NCBI GenBank assembly: GCA_002633005.1
Contig: NMRA01000263.1
Location: 424,143 to 488,142 of the forward strand
Reading direction: 5' to 3'
DNA from: Phoronis australis
Lineage: Eukaryota; Animalia; Phoronida
DNA: 64,000 nt
Shown: piece by piece, positions 37,799-51,357 of the stretch
How the letters are laid out: each line of letters starts with the position of its first letter
Position numbering within the stretch: the stretch's first letter is position 1
Notes under the pieces: model-generated
Databases searched by the model: none
Told to the model about the DNA's origin: nothing
The model's input: the letters and a program-made list of their open reading frames with translations, nothing else
Translations under genes and position numbers: made by a program

Positions 37799-37925
37799 CT
37801 GGAATGTACAATTTAAATGCCAATCTGATTAACAGCCCCCAATTCCCCCCTTGTACATCAAAGTCAAATACACATCAACAGTACTGTCCATTAACTGCTC
37901 TTTGAAGGACTGACAAATATACCAG

Positions 37926-38205
37926 GGGTCTGTTTCATGAAGATGAATAAAGGCCTAAGGCAGAAATTTGGCGTTACGCTGCCACTTCACAATTACTAAA
38001 AAACTTTCAGCCAAGTAAGCATGACACAAGACTGTCTAGAAGCAATTTACAGAAATTAACTTAGTAAGAAGCAGTTATGTGACGTATTCCCAGGGACTTT
38101 GGACTTTTGCTCAAGTGAGATTTTATTATTTCACAAAAATAGTTGTGTGAAGTGTAAGACAAATTATTGGCTTAAGTGCCAAGTCACTTTTCATGAAACA
38201 GAACC
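37926..38205. mobile_element. Harbinger-type MITE (CAG TSD) in WDR92 intron 2
   Basis: TIR GGGTCTGTTTCATGAA / TTCATGAAACAGAACC with CAG on both flanks. Confidence 0.7.
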
Positions 38206-38730
38206 CAGGAGTACATGACCTTGGACCCAAGTGGAAATATTGGTCCACAGCATAAATATATCTTGAACTTTCCTCTTTAATCCATGCCAGTTTTACAAGT
38301 AATTTCTTATGTTCTTGTGGTTCTGAATTCTTTCTTTACTTCACACATATTGATTCATACTGTATTGCACCATATGATTGTATTCACTTTACAAAACAAT
38401 TTCAATTTACCAGTTAAACCAATTAGTTGTAGGCCTTAAAAACACGTCCCACTCCATGATACCATGTCAATAAGTACAAGAACCACAACGACCCACTCAC
38501 TAATGTAAGTTTCTTTTGTTTAGGGCAAAGCTTTCATTAGCAGTAACTTTGACAAGAATTGGTATCATAAACGACCTGTATACATATCAGAATGCATGAT
38601 GCTGAACAAAAGACTGCTGGGAACACTTAGCAACAGATCAGAAAGCCTCGTTCCAGTTTTCAGCCTGGAGTGAGCTTCATGCAAGATGAAAATCTAAGAT
38701 AAGCGTGACAGGCATCACATTGATGTTGCG

Positions 38731-39399
38731 CATTTATCTATGTTCGGAATATATCCCGAAAACAATAGGTGCGACGCAAGCTCCGTTTCCAGAGATACAA
38801 AGGAGACCGTGTATCGGCGATATAAGGTCATTTATTATGACTGATAAGGTACAGAAATATGAGTGTACAAATAACATAAAGATAAAATAAAAGTCTCTGG
38901 AAAGATGGGCAATAAAAAGTGCCAGCACGCAGGTAAGAGGAACCACCCAAAAGAGAGGGTGGGAAAAAATGAAGAGAGATTAGACTTGAACCTAAGTGAT
39001 GCTAAAGCGAAATACTGATGGCAGGAAATATAACTTCACTGAGAACAAAGGAGCCCTATGACACGTGACAATCATCAGCCTATGGGAGCCAGGAGCTGAC
39101 CAAACTCGTGGCAGTAACACAAACAAACCAATAGTGAGGCTGGAAATGGAATGTCCTAGTGCCTTGAGTGCAGGAGGACCGCATGCGAATCTACACTAGG
39201 GGTTATTGGACCAGTCCGAAAGATGGGGGTATAAGTGGGACGAGTCCATATTCTCGCATAAATATATTTAACGAGTGAAATATCATTTATGTTCAGAATA
39301 TTTCCCGAAAATAATAGGTGCGTCGCAAGCTCCGTTTCCAGAGATACAAAGGAAACCGTGTATCGGCGATATAAGGTCATTTATTATGACTGATAAGGT
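38731..39399. repeat. ~115-bp direct repeat (38731-38850 and 39284-39399) in WDR92 intron 2
   Basis: Near-identical ATAGGTGCG.CGCAAGCTCCGTTTCCAGAGATACAAAGG...GACTGATAAGGT in both copies. Confidence 0.85.
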
Positions 39400-40183
39400 T
39401 TATTTACTAGGAACTAATACCAGCACAGTATACGTGGACACAGAGGTTATAAATTTGTTACCATTACCCAGTGGACATCAACATGGACTTAAACAATAAA
39501 AATAATAAAGAAAACTGCCGTGATGAGGGGACCCTTGCTGACAGGGCCAACCTTCATCGTTAAGTTACTTGACACCATTTCTACAACCAATTATGGGCCA
39601 GAATAGATAGGAACATCCACTTTCTGTTACAGTATTAGTTTATATCAGTTAGATACTTGCATTTAAAAATCACTTTGGTCAAGAAAGTCACTAAATACGG
39701 GATATGAGGTATGTTTAAAATGATAACTGTGTGAACAGGTCCCCCCTCTAAGTTTATTCAGGGTGGGAGAGTGAAATGACCAACAGATGGACATCACCCT
39801 TGCACTTTTATTTGATAATGAACAAATTAGGAATTTTGTGATCTTTTGGAGGCTTCTGTTGTCTTTGAATTCTAACTCAAGCTAAGAATAATGTGTCGAG
39901 GATTTCTGGCATACTTCTTGGTAAACTAAAGACATTTCAAATGAGAGGACACATACTGTCAGTTTTACAAATGTGTACCATTCACACCATCATATATCCA
40001 GAGTATTACCAGTAGTTAAGAAGAAAATGGATTGGTTGAAATCAAAGAAATCAGGTACTCAATGGATTCAACATGTCTTAAGGTTTATTAAAGTGTCACA
40101 CCCCATGAGTTAATCATTCCAAACTCTGACATCAGATAGAGAACTGTCTACAAACTTCTGGTTCAAACTGTGTCGAGGTTTAC

Positions 40184-40284
40184 CATATTTGCATTTTTCC
40201 TTCAAAATCTCCAGTGGCTAAATTTCTATTCTGTAGTGTTGATGCACCAAATGTTCCACACTTGAAAGACTTTGACTTTTCAAC
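40184..40284 (-). CDS. WDR92: WDR92 exon 2
   Basis: 101 nt, [34 protein letters not shown]. Confidence 0.9.
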
Positions 40285-40795
40285 CTGAAAAAGGAACGAA
40301 AAGTTCACATAGTGGAAAAGTACCTATCTTAAACTTATAGGTCAATTCATCCAAAAGCTTTTGGATTTGAGGCAATTTTCTTCAAGTGAATTTTGATGTT
40401 CAACATTTGTAAATTTACAGTTACCAAAATTTCTTTTACTAAATGCATATGTAGCCAATGGCTTTATTCTTTCACCCAAGAGTCTAGACGGAGTTGTCAC
40501 TGCAGAGACAAAGCTAATCAAGGTCACAATGCTAGGTACATATCTTCAAAAAAATCCAAAAGGTGACCAGTAGTCAAGCGATTTAGAGAGGCCTTATATA
40601 ACTCAAAATATACACAGAAACAGGTATCGAACATGGCCATGGGCATTGGCATAAGAGTCGAAATTCAAACTATTCAGCCAAGAGGCAATTACCACAACAT
40701 GCAGGACTAGTCAGGTGCCCCGCTGTGTGCATGTTGTGTTATTGAAGACAAGTTCATATTTAACTAGATTCAGTTAACTGTTTTGAACTCCATAC

Positions 40796-40969
40796 CTGCT
40801 TTATTAGCTTGACATCACCTTTTGACACTTCATATACTTCCATCGTACCCGTACCTCTGGGCTGACTTCCCAAAACAACAAACTTGGCACTACACGGGAT
40901 CCATTTGGCGTCAAAAAGTGTATAGTTCATTGACTTCTGCACATGAGCGATGATCTGTGGTTTATCCAT
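40796..40969 (-). CDS. WDR92: WDR92/DNAAF10 (WD40 dynein assembly factor, R2TP/prefoldin-like associated) exon 1
   Basis: MDKPQIIAHVQKSMNYTLFDAKWIPCSAKFVVLG...RGTG. Exons 1-8 splice in frame to 1065 nt (354 aa), collinear with the vertebrate WDR92 sequence as I recall it. Confidence 0.95.
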
Positions 40970-43900
40970 GTCTTGAATGAATTAACGGAAAATGTGGCGA
41001 CGACAGAAATTTAACACTTTAATCGGTATTTTCAAGTTTCCCAGAACTATCGTCAGGTACGCCGAATCCTGCCAACGGAAGTAGAGGTGTTCAGGAAAAT
41101 AAAATCAAACGAACATATTTTCACCAACAGATGTCGCGCAGAGCTTTGGTGTTGGTTCGCGATTCACTGTGGTCTGGCAGACAGCGGGACGAGTAGGGCC
41201 CAGGAACAGCGGATAGGCGTAGGCAAGCGAGGAGGCAGTTGCTCCATAGAGTGTGACAAAAACGGTAAATACTGGAAGCCAAAACGAGGAATTTTTTGCT
41301 CAGACATGAATAGATTCGTTTGCAATTCAAGGGAATAGTCCCCGGGAATGACAAGTGGAGAAACAATCCTGAGCTCTGGAGGTGCCCTGCACAGGTGGCT
41401 AAAAGGGAAAATTGAATTCGGCTAATATGTCAAAAAACCAATATCGTAAGATTTCCATCCGTGATAGAATTATATTTACATTACTAACAAGAACCAAGAA
41501 CATCGAAATCATGTTGCTTTGAGAAGGCTTCAGGGTAAGGTTTTAGTGTAGACCAAACTTAAAATAGCTTTCGGTGGTGATTGTGACCGGGTGTTGTCAA
41601 GTTAGCAGGGTTTTGTGGTGTTTGTGAGGTGTTCTGGCACCTATACGCTTCCGTAGCATTGCCTGTGACTAGTTTTTATATCACGATTAAAATCACTTTG
41701 GTTAAGATTTTAACATTTGCCAGCTAGGCCGGGCCGGGCTAAATGTAACTTTTAATGCTTATTGGAAAAATGAATTTGCCTGAAGTCAACCCATCTGCAC
41801 CACGTCGCAGCCAAACCGCGAGCTTAAGATAATAGAAACTGAGCGCTCAATTAAAAGTTGAAATCGCAATGTGTGGATTATACGACATAGGACATTCGTT
41901 TAAACAGCAATCAGTTCCATCCTAAAGAATGATGAGACTAAAAAGTCTCTGTGTGATACCTCGGCAGTTGTTGAAAAGGTAAAATTGAACTAAAGAGGCA
42001 TCATCAGTGTAATGTACGTCACGAGCCACATATGCCTTGTCTTCATTTATATATTAATTTTTAAAGCCGATGACCCCCATTCTGAACGCAAAAAGCATGC
42101 AGCTGTCAGATGGCTCCGTGCCAAAAAACGACCAATGCACACCTGCCGTGAAAGTCCGAGCTACGGCCTTGGTCTTGGGTGTAAAAGTGTGGTATAGCCT
42201 CCGGAATAAGGATTGTTTGCCGATGTTAAAAATATTTTCCCCGTCATCTCCTTTTTACGGACTCAAATAACTTAAAACGCAAAAATGTTCGCTTGTTTCC
42301 ATCTTTTGTTCGTTTTTGTTCCTTGTATGAAGGGCACAGGTGTAATTAAACCCGTTTGCCGTGAGTGTTCCCTAATGCAATGACGCGATCTTTTGATCGT
42401 GTTGCACAGCATCAAGCGTGTCGACAAGACATTCCTTGTAGGCCCAAGGGTAACACGTTTCATCGCCGGGTGGTTTCAGCACCCGTAATTTGTTACAGTA
42501 ATCCTGAATATAATGGTATTTCAAACGCTTTTAATATTCTAATGCTAATCAGGCTCGCGCGCGATAGAGCGTTAACGAGAAAATAGCGTCTGAGACTGTA
42601 ACGTTTTTTAAAAAAGATTTCTGTGGATTAGTCACCATTGATGAAATGGCATGGCGGTATTATTTTTGAGAATGTGAATGTCTTAAGTAATTTGATTTTT
42701 ATGCATTCAAGTACTTCTCAATTAAAGTGGTTAAAAACCCACGTTTCGTCCAAAAATCGTACTTCTGATTTAAAGAGACACTATCGGCTTTACGTCCGAA
42801 AAAAGCATTTTGGGGATTATTGAGATAGATTTTGGGATAGATTTCCTGAAGTTATTAACTTTGACCAGCGTTTTAAAACAACTCAATCTGTTGTGTATTT
42901 ATTTCAAATCACCAATTATTGCCGTCGTCTGCCAGTGACTTTACCAAAAACACGTTTAAAATATTTTACCATTTATCGAGTATTATTTGGTTCCACCAAG
43001 TTTCAGGCAGCGATGGCAGGTGTTCCAGTTTCGACTCAGCCCTGGGATTAGAAAATTGAACTCATCTTCTTATCTACTCAGATCGTACACCTGTAAACCC
43101 GGAGTGCCAACTTCGACTTCTTACGGCTGAGGTTGCGCCGCGAATTCGTTTGTTCCGCTGTTGGCTCTTGCAAGGGATTTTCAGACAGAATGTTTGTTTA
43201 GTACATACGAAATAAGTTTAGAACTGTTATCACTGAAACGTCTTCCGAACAAATTTCACCTATTCATGGAATATTTTACGGTCTAATGCCCCCAAATATT
43301 GTCAAACATAGGATCATCTATTTACGATTCCGCGATTCGGGAAGCCAGCCGATCGTACTTATACGACTGCTTAGGAGCTATGCGTAATGCAAGACAAAAT
43401 GGGACGACGGGATTGAAAGGAGGGACCTTCGGATAAAAAGGGGGGAAATCTGTGTGTATGCCAAAACGCAAGTATGAAATGTTTGCCACAAAGTGACACA
43501 AATACGCCCGACATTGTTTTTTGTCGAACGGGAGACGTAACCACCCAAAAACACCCGATGGCGTTTTTTAGTCGAATGGAAAAATAGGGCTATGCCGCAA
43601 GGGAGACTTCAATAGTATATGATAGTTTTGATGGACATTTTGATGGTGTGACGGAAGCGCGAGAAAAGTGGAGCCAAAAGAGAGCGGGACAATTAGCAAG
43701 TGCAATGTGCGGTGTCAGTAATAAAGTATAGGATTGGATTCTTTTACAACGTAAACATTTTTTAAAATTTTATTTCACGGGTATAGGTAAATACTACATA
43801 CAACATTACTGCTCAGAAAAAACGGCCTCTGGACAACAGGTAAACATTGCACAAATACAAACAATTGAAAATAGTGATAATATGTAAATGCATATATAAA

Positions 43901-44809
43901 CACACACAGACGCGCGCGCGCTCTTACACAAATAACTACAAGATTAATTTTTTGAAAGTTATGAAAACACACCTGTTTCATTTATAATTGGAGAAAAATT
44001 ATCATTTAATATGATTTTAACACTCAAAAGTGTCTTGTTGAAAAACTCTTAACATGAAGTTTGATAGGATGTTGAAAGTAGCTCTGGTTGTCTTGAACCG
44101 TACCTCAAGAGTCTTTCTCGATTATCAAAAATGACGAAAACGAAAATGAAGCAATGAAATTAGACTGTTAAGTTTGATAACGACAAAACTCGATCAAAAC
44201 TCAGTCGAACAGATAACCCAAAATTCATGGTGCAACCTCTTGCAGCTTGTCCCGTGAAATCTCGGGGTCGCAAGCTTCGACAATAGAATCCCGGTAGAAT
44301 AGACAGGTCACTCACAAGAGTTTACATTCCATGTCTAGAGTTCTATGCTTAGACGAGAAGTGATTCCCACCAGTGGGTTTTCTAAAAACTGACAGTTCGT
44401 TATACCTTGAGATACACGCTTGGCGCATAAATTTAATGACACGCCGTGACACGCCAACTTGTAGAGCCAAGTCACAAGTAAAAACGAACTCAATACCGTC
44501 CCTTCTTTCGAAGTCCTAAAATCACCTTAAATTGATTGAACAACAATTTGAGACTCAATTTCATATGAAAAGTGGTCTCAATCAAAAGCTAGTTTTGAGG
44601 TGTCGTGGAAGGTGGGTTTGTAACCGCTTTAGTGGACCATTTCTGTTAGTAAGCTGCCAATAATGAATTCTACACCGGAAGTGCATTGGGGTTTAAAAAC
44701 AATTCCACGCTCATGAATCCGACATTGAATTTTTGCCACTAATGGGCCGGCAACCCGTCACAGGCCTTTATATGCGCCTTTTTCTCATGCAGCGATGGTC
44801 TCGATGTTC

Positions 44810-44905
44810 TAGTTGGTAACGGAAACAGAATCCTATCACGGTAAGGAATGTTACGAAACCGATTTTAGGAAAGCAAAAGGCCTAATTCGATTTTCGTTGT
44901 TAAGG
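44810..44905. repeat. Dispersed repeat fragment, second copy at about 57748-57832
   Basis: Both copies share TTGGTAACGGAAA.A.AATCCTATCA.GGTA and CCTAATTCGATTTTCGTT. Confidence 0.6.
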
Positions 44906-45496
44906 TTATGTAATACCTTATCAACAAGCCTGACTGCACATTTAGCCAAATATCTACAAAACAATGGAATATAACTTAGTAAAAGTATATTTTTTGTGAA
45001 ATTAGAAATTCCATAGAATTTGATTATTGACTTCATAACAGTCTGCCACTAATTAGATAACGTGACCCTGTTTTTAAGAAAATTTAGCGAAAAGAAAAGT
45101 TCATTCACAGCAAAATAAAAAGGATAAATAAGTTGTCCAACTTTTGTAGGCCTATGATATAAAAGTTTAAGATAGAGTCTCGAAAAGCTGTTACAGTTTT
45201 CTAAATTATAGTTTCGTTTTTGTTTTATGTAACTTTTTTTATGAAAGCCATAAATTTCCTATTTTTGATAGTAGAAAAGTTCAAAATTACAATTCCTGAC
45301 AGCGTTTTGGAGAACAATGCATAAAACATGGTATTAATGACTTCTCTTTTCATGTTACTTGCTAAACAGGGCGAAATGCAGCTTTCAGTAATCTGAAAGT
45401 GAAAACATGTCAAAATTTGTTGTAGGCTACTACCGAAAAGTCACTCGATTGCTAAATAAACTTGTTCCCTGATTTTATTAAAATGCTTTGTAGATT

Positions 45497-45568
45497 CATT
45501 GGCGGCGCACCATAGGGGGTTGGGCTATAGCCTCCCCTCCCCGCACTTTCAGTGCTGTGCTGCCCATG
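45497..45568 (-). mobile_element. MITE, same family as 4305-4449 in reverse orientation
   Basis: Reverse complement reads CATGGGCAGCACAGCACTGAAAGTG...CCCCCTATGGTGCGCCGCCAATG. Flanks AGATT / ATATT. Confidence 0.65.
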
Positions 45569-48500
45569 ATATTGCGCCTGATCATATACTACTTAGTCAT
45601 ATGACCTAAATGCGCACATAGCGAACACAGATAAGCCTCTTAGGGCGCTTTTTGGTTACACATGAAGGCTAATCTGCGCATAGCTGGCAGTAAGGCCAGA
45701 AAGGCACTCGCATTCCAATCAGATGTAGCGCAGCACGTGCGGGTGGCTACGTGTGCGCATGCACGTGTTTGAACTGCAGTCGCTCACTGTCTTTGGATTA
45801 TAGATACTCGTTGCTTGGATGGAGTTCACGAAAACAAACCTTCGGAAACGACGTGGCAAATAATGCACACTAAAACTGCGAGTAACTCAAGGTATTCTTT
45901 CATTATGACGCACATGTGAAGGTTCAGTAAGCATGGACACTTAAATAATTTTTGTTTCAAAAGGCCTCATGTGATCATAGGCATAGCAGAACCAGTTCAA
46001 AATGACGTTACTCACTGTCTTTATTTGATTCGAAATGATGCGGTGTGCTATGGGCCAATGGCTTATGCATAAACAAGATTAATCTGTCTGTGATCTACTC
46101 TCGCCTAATTCATTTTCCAATTAAATATTTGAGGATTGCCCTCCTCCTTTGCTCGATTGGAACGTAGTTAACACACCATCCGAAGTAGCCCACTGGCATT
46201 GGTAAGACAGTCGAAGTCGGCCATTTTGTTTTTGTATCGGTGATCTTGCCGTGCTGAACATCCAAGTTTAAAAATCTGAAACGCGCGTGTCAAATAAAAC
46301 TCACATTAAATAGATCCAGAAACACTCAGTATCTTAATTCCAAATGTTTGCACCGACTTCAACTGCATTTTCAAACTCTACGGGACGTTTATTTTCAACC
46401 TTGAGTTCAAAACTCACGCCATGCAAAACAGACGCACCGGCAAGTGACTAATTTTGCCGTCTTTGCACACATGGGATAGACTCGTGTGTGGGGGTTCTTT
46501 TTATATGAAAATAAGGTCACAGTTTTTTATCTTGAATTAAGAATTTATGTTTTTGCCATTTTTGAAAATTTTAAAATTAAAATTATATTGGAAATTTCTA
46601 CATAAAAAATCGAAATCAAAATTCACCGTCCGGTTTTATGATCCCCCAACCCCCTCTAAATAATGCGCTAATCATATAAAGTAATAAGAGAATTGTGTGC
46701 GCAAAAAAAAAATACAAATTTTGACTCTTTTGAAATCTTTGGATTTTCCACTGCATGACTTCACTTCTCAGTGCGTGGTTTGTGAACAAAGTAGAATTAA
46801 AGCGAGTGTCTTTGTATCACTTCACAGCTATTTTAACCCAGTTGTGAGTAGCGAAGGCTCGTTTCATTTCAAGTAGAGTAAAAAAAGGAGTTTTCGGGAA
46901 TTTTAACACGTTACTGAATTCTTTTAAATGTCTAACTCTATGATTTTTAAGCTTGTTTCAAAGTCTTCAACTGAGAAATCAATTTTCTATTTCAGTACAG
47001 ATCACTGGAATGTCTTATTCAGTGGTACATCTTCCCCTGTAGGCCTACTGTAGAAATGAAGCGCCGTTATAATGAATTACTGCATCAAGCTGAGTTTTCT
47101 CAATTTCTGTTCAGTTGTAAGCTGACTTGGTTCATAACTATAAGATTGGAGAAATAAACGTGAAACATGTTCTGTACTGATGAGAAAAAAAGCATCCATG
47201 ATGATAACACATGTCAAGTAAAAGAGGCCTTCACTTTATCTGATTCTCAGTCAAAAAACAGTAACATTAATTCTGTTCTGGCTAACTAATTAACTATGTT
47301 CCGCCTCCAGTGGCTGGTACCATAGAGTTCTATGCTCGTTCATGTAGGTCACTAGTATTATCAGTCATACATATATTGTCTCAAACTTTCCATACCATAA
47401 CACAAATTTACCTTCATCTGCAAGCAGACCATCCAAGGCACCAGCAAGAAAAGATACTTGACGAAATACCATGACACTTATGAATTTTTTTCATATAATT
47501 AAACTCTGGCTTCCTTTCAAGTCCATTTGTTTGCATAGCTCAATTCCCTTTTGCCAAGGACATGTTGAGACTATGTGTCAACCATAAATAAAATACAAAA
47601 TACCGCAGTTTTCATTTTTTTATTTAAGCAATGCGTATGAAGGAATGGAGTTTTAATTGAACCACTTGTATAATTGTAATTTGAGTGGAGGTGACAATAA
47701 CTATGACAGAATTGCATGAACACTTGAAACGGAAGTCTTCTGAACTTGGTTTTCAACTGTTCAATATTTTGTTTTAATTCATGTACTAATCTATTGAAAT
47801 AATGGTAAACCCAAGACATCAATAAATGTTGCCTGAAGGTGCTAGTGAACATATTATATCGGTGTTCATTATGGCATGCTAATTCTACCATGCTTTGGTC
47901 ACTGAATTATTGAAATGAAAGAACATATCATAAGACGATTATGATTAAATCGTTTAGGTAATCCACACTTCAAGTTGAAATCAAGTGCTTTCAGTCGGAA
48001 CTCTATGTTTGGTTTCTACAATGAAAGACTTTCAAGGATGTTGGGGGTTACATCTACTGTACATAAGTCAAAACCGAAATAATCTCAGTACAGTAAACAT
48101 GTGGGCCAATATGGTCGAACTTTTTACGATAATAAGTAACTTAAAGTGCACATAACTTTGGAATATTTAAGCATTACAAACAAAACCAACAACACACAAA
48201 TTTAAATGTCATGAAAGTGGACGTGCTCAACTATTACCATGGCTAGCGAATAGTGTTTCCTTAAAGTAGAATTAGACAAGCATGATTAAAAAGATATGAA
48301 TTTGCGAAGAACAGGGATCGGAGGTTTGAAGCTTCACAATCCAACATGGCCTATTTCTCTAATTAAGATTCTTCATATTTTGTAGCCTTGATAACCTGAA
48401 GTAAGAAAGCAGCAAGTTACAAAACATGAATTAAAAGCATATTTTAGACATAAAATTTAGAAAAATATTGTGACACATAGTCAAACCTTAAAGAGCAGTT

Positions 48501-51266
48501 GACAGTAAAATAATCAGAATTTTTCATGTATTTTGGCACAAAATGTAAAAATTGTGCAACGTTGTTTTTCTGTAGCAGTGTTCAAATCTCCACCGATTAC
48601 AAAGTAGCTGGTTGGACATGCCTTTCAGTTCAGCAAAAGTTGCCATACTGTAGGCACCACCGGAAATGAGACATAAGTCCAACCAGAATTTTGAGCACTT
48701 TTATCACTCATTTGTTTGGCTGAAATCTGTTGAAAATTGTTGAATCGCGCAGAATAGTAGTTTAAGACATGTCTCACTAAATTTCACCTTCAATTATTGG
48801 TGAAAATGATTTATACAGTTTTGAACTCGTAAGATTTCGTCACAAAAATTGCAATAAGTTTGCACTGCGTGACTTGATTTTTTATAATTTTTCGATTTTT
48901 ATTGAGTGCGATGCATTATCTTTCCGATGACATTGAAGTAATTTTTCAAAACGAAAAGAAACATTTTGTTCGACCGCCCTACCCATGGGGACTTTTCGGA
49001 AACGTATGTTCATGGTTTTCCGTCAAAAAACCACGTCAAAGGATCTTCCGGAACATAGGCGTAGGGAGCTTGCTTAAGTGGGGGCAGTCGACTATAGTTT
49101 CGCCTCCCTCACCACACACTTTAGCTCCCTCCATTCGCAGTCGACACCCGTTTTACCTCCACCTGCACCCCACCCTCCGTTTAGTCTGCCCCGACAATAG
49201 TTTACATATACACCTCCCCCCTTTAGTGGGTTTAAATCGGGGCCGTAAGAAGTAAACATTATTGAAGAGAGGGGCAGAGACTAATTTGACTGCAAATTGT
49301 AAGCCTTCACCTGATCATGACCATAGGTGTGCTGACTTTACTGCTTGGGGATCAAACCCCGTGAAGGCAGCTATCAAAAACTTGGATACCCATGCTTCAA
49401 CAAAATTTCGCGAGATTTAGTTTGTTGTGACGTGATTGTCGCACTAGTTATCTAAAAATATAGATGTCTGTGGTCGTCGCACTCGACCCATATTGTGTAA
49501 TGTTGCTACGTACAATCAACTCCCTCCCGTTTTCATATGCTCTCCTAATAACAATCTTCAAAAGAAATACTATTCTTTGAGACAAAGTACCGATATTTTC
49601 AGTTATCATTATTGAACCATTGCATTCGCGTAATTCAAAATTCCGGTCAATGTTTTGTTGTTTTACTTACACAGTCTCTCGTTTTTTGGTTATTTAGGCC
49701 GCATGTCTTGATGCGCTGTGTTTCGCATGAAGATATTCTGTGGTGTTTCTACTCCCCCTCGTGAGCAGGTGACATCAACGAATTTATAGAAAGGCAAAGA
49801 GGCAATTGCCTCGGGCTGTATTTCCTAAAGAAGACCCTGTCTGAGAGGGGGGCCTCAATATGGAAAGCATTCTGACAAATACTCTATAATTATGAAAGGA
49901 CACATCATTTGAAAATAGAAGAGAATGACTGTTGACCATATTATCGGCCCCTTTCCTTAATAATAAAAGTTATATAGAGAGGGAACTGGTGGCATCATTG
50001 GGACACCTCCGTGAGTGATCTATTAAGAATAAGGATATCAATACGAACAACAGGAAAACGGTAACCATGGATGCCAACAGTGGACCCCTCCAAGCTGAGA
50101 GCTGAGATTTATATCAAGTGATATTTTACAATTTCAAAAAACGGCAAAAGAGCAAGGAATGATTCCATTATACCTATGGAGAAATACAATTTTGCATGCC
50201 CTGAAAATTTGCTCAAAATTGATTTGCTCTCGAAAATTTTTGCACAACAAGTTTTCTTCTAGGACTTCTTCGAAGTATTGTACGTATCGAATAAGAAAAC
50301 GTTTTCAAATTAGGGTACAATCCATACTGCAGATCTTTAAAACTGGGCCGGACCACTAACAAAAATGTCACCAACAGAGCTTCCAAGGATAAGTCCTGCA
50401 CTGGTAGGTGACACATTTCTATCTTTTGCATGTTTCGCTGTGTCTCTCTTTTCTCGACTGTCCCTGCTCTTGTTCAAACCTTAGACGCTTCAATCATCCA
50501 TTGCCAAAAATGTCACATTGTCTTTAACCAAGTGTGCACGTAACTGTCTTCACTGACCAAGGGGTAGATTTATGATTTTAGCGTGGGCGTAGGTTTACTC
50601 AACTAGAGGCGCCGTTTTGTTGAGCTAGCAGCATTTTTGCCACTGCCTCGTGGGGAAGTGGGGGTTCAAAAAATCTTGAACCCCCCCCAATCCGCCCTGG
50701 GTGCGTAGCATTCGACTTATATGCACTCTTGCGCGGGTGCCGCCAGTCAGGGGCATATCCTCCATATTTCCACAAATATGCACATGCATATAGCACTTTA
50801 ATTTCCTCTTCCCTGACAACCACAATTTCTTTCCCCCCTCGGCCCCCTGTTCACAACGATTTTCCAAACTCCATGTGTCAGTTCAATCCCACTCCCGTCG
50901 CTACAATTTGGGAGATACCCTCCGTCTCTTTAAATTTTGAGCCTCCCGATCGCCACCATCATTGCACAATTTCAAGTTTTACAAAGCCGTGGCCCTGTGG
51001 TTGCAACCCCACCCCCCCCCCCGTTTGTGCCGGCGCTGCCCGGACTACCTTAGTTACTTCGGCGGCACTGACCATTGCAGCAACTGAGTTGAAAATGGCC
51101 GACGGAGGAGGGGGAGGAGGGTTACTGTAACTGCATAGCTGCTAACAGAAAAGCTGTATTTCAGCCTTAGTAATTAGTGTATAAATTATGGCTCTTGCAT
51201 AGAGAAAAGTGTACTATAACTGGAGTGTGTTTTGTTCAACACGACATTCTGCTTACACTAACCACT

Positions 51267-51357
51267 GGCATTGAACACGGTTGCTTTAAGACAGTTCATT
51301 AAGGCTGGTTACTAACCAGCCTTAATGGACTGTCTTAAAGCAACCGTGTTCAGTGCC
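51267..51357. repeat. 91-nt near-perfect palindrome (45-bp arms, 1-nt centre)
   Basis: GGCATTGAACACGGTTGCTTTAAGACAGTTCATTAAGGCTGGTTA-C-TAACCAGCCTTAATGGACTGTCTTAAAGCAACCGTGTTCAGTGCC, with 2 mismatches. Confidence 0.95.
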
